From positions 1-34,280 of IMG/VR virus record IMGVR_UViG_3300022719_000274: 34,280 nucleotides of DNA; one strand, written 5' to 3'. A program made the position numbers and the translations under genes. Origin of the DNA: a virus (lineage: Duplodnaviria > Caudoviricetes). Numbering within the stretch: position 1 is the first letter of the stretch; every line of letters begins with the position of its first letter. This document shows positions 33,633-34,280 of this stretch, piece by piece. The notes beneath the pieces are model-generated. The model did not search any database. It worked only from the letters and a program-made list of their open reading frames with translations, and was not told the origin of the DNA.

Positions 33633-34280
33633 TAGAAGCGCCCCCGGAAGTAGTCCCGGCACGCCTTCACGATCCGGGAGAGCTCGTCGGCGGCTTCCGG
33701 CTCGGAGTGCTCCTCGCACAGCTGCTGTTGGAGCGAAGCCGTCCAGCTCCGGAGCGGATGCGATTCACACCCGTAGGTGAGCCGGGCGTTGACGTCGGAG
33801 TCGATGAAGGCCGCCCAAGAGTAGCGCCCTACGCCGTGTAGAAGGTCCTCCGGGCCGTAGACCCGGGCCAGATGGGACACCCGGGCCCGGCCAGACACGA
33901 TGGCACGGCCAGACACGATGGCACGGCCGGACACGATGGCACGGCCGGACACCTGGGCGTCGCTGAACACCTGAGCCTCGCCGAACACCTGGGCCGAGTC
34001 GGACACCTGGGCCCGGCCGAACACCTGGGCCTCGTCGAACACCTGGGCCGAGTCGGACACCTGGGCCCGGCCGAACACCTGGGCCTCGTCGAACACCTGG
34101 GCCGAGCCGGACACCTGGGCGTCGCTGCACACCTGGGCCGAGTCGGATACCCAGGCGTCGCCGAACACCCGGGCGTCGCCGAACACCTGGGCCGAGTCGG
34201 ACACCCGGGCCGAGTCGAATACCCGGGCCGAATCGAACACCTCGGCCGAGCCGAACACCTGGGCCGAGCCGAACACCTCG
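32930..34280 (-). repeat. Two 18-bp coding repeat arrays (about 32930-33600 and 33860-34280) with a 108-bp higher-order repeat
   Basis: Unit resembles GCCCAGGTGTTCGGCGAG. 108-bp blocks start at 32951, 33059 and 33167 on the plus strand. Confidence 0.9.
33632..34280 (-). CDS. Hexapeptide-repeat protein, copy 1 (5' end outside the window)
   Basis: Same repeat and near-identical C-terminal domain as copy 2. The frame is open to the window edge. Confidence 0.85.
   Translation of the reverse strand, partial: EVFGSAQVFGSAEVFDSARVFDSARVSDSAQVFGDARVFGDAWVSDSAQVCSDAQVSGSAQVFDEAQVFGRAQVSDSAQVFDEAQVFGRAQVSDSAQVFGEAQVFSDAQVSGRAIVSGRAIVSGRAIVSGRARVSHLARVYGPEDLLHGVGRYSWAAFIDSDVNARLTYGCESHPLRSWTASLQQQLCEEHSEPEAADELSRIVKACRDYFRGRF

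Noticed and set aside
32691-33890. Diversity-generating retroelement TR/VR pair (two near-identical 3' ends)
   Set aside because: The mismatches are not adenine-specific, both copies are coding gene ends, and no reverse transcriptase is seen in the window.

Overview
This window holds most of a GC-rich T7-like (Autographiviridae-type) podophage genome, encoded almost entirely on the minus strand. Reading in the direction of transcription (right to left), it begins with an early accessory block: two tandem hexapeptide-repeat paralogs, a small Cys/His protein, a lipoprotein with a PagP-like beta-barrel pattern, and a UDG-superfamily protein. The replication block follows: single-subunit RNA polymerase, SSB, an Hjc-type resolvase, an HTH protein, a primase-helicase with no Zn-binding domain, a MazG-like protein, family A DNA polymerase, 5'-3' exonuclease and a DUF6378-like protein. 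The virion block contains portal, scaffold, an inserted Zn-ribbon gene and a spanin-like lipoprotein, major capsid, tail tube A and B, internal proteins A-D, tail fibre, a holin-like protein, three tandem paralogous small proteins, and the small and large terminase. The window's low-coordinate end (1-560) is a non-coding region of repeats, hairpins and candidate phage promoters that resembles a genome terminus. The genome's early end lies beyond the window. I saw no integrase, ligase, endolysin, tRNA or CRISPR array. The most unusual signals are a possibly split primase, a u-spanin-like architecture, a phage PagP-like barrel, a paralog triplet, an apparently inverted coding fragment inside TerL, and a domain insertion in the tail nozzle. 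All calls come from motif recognition by eye, with no database searches.
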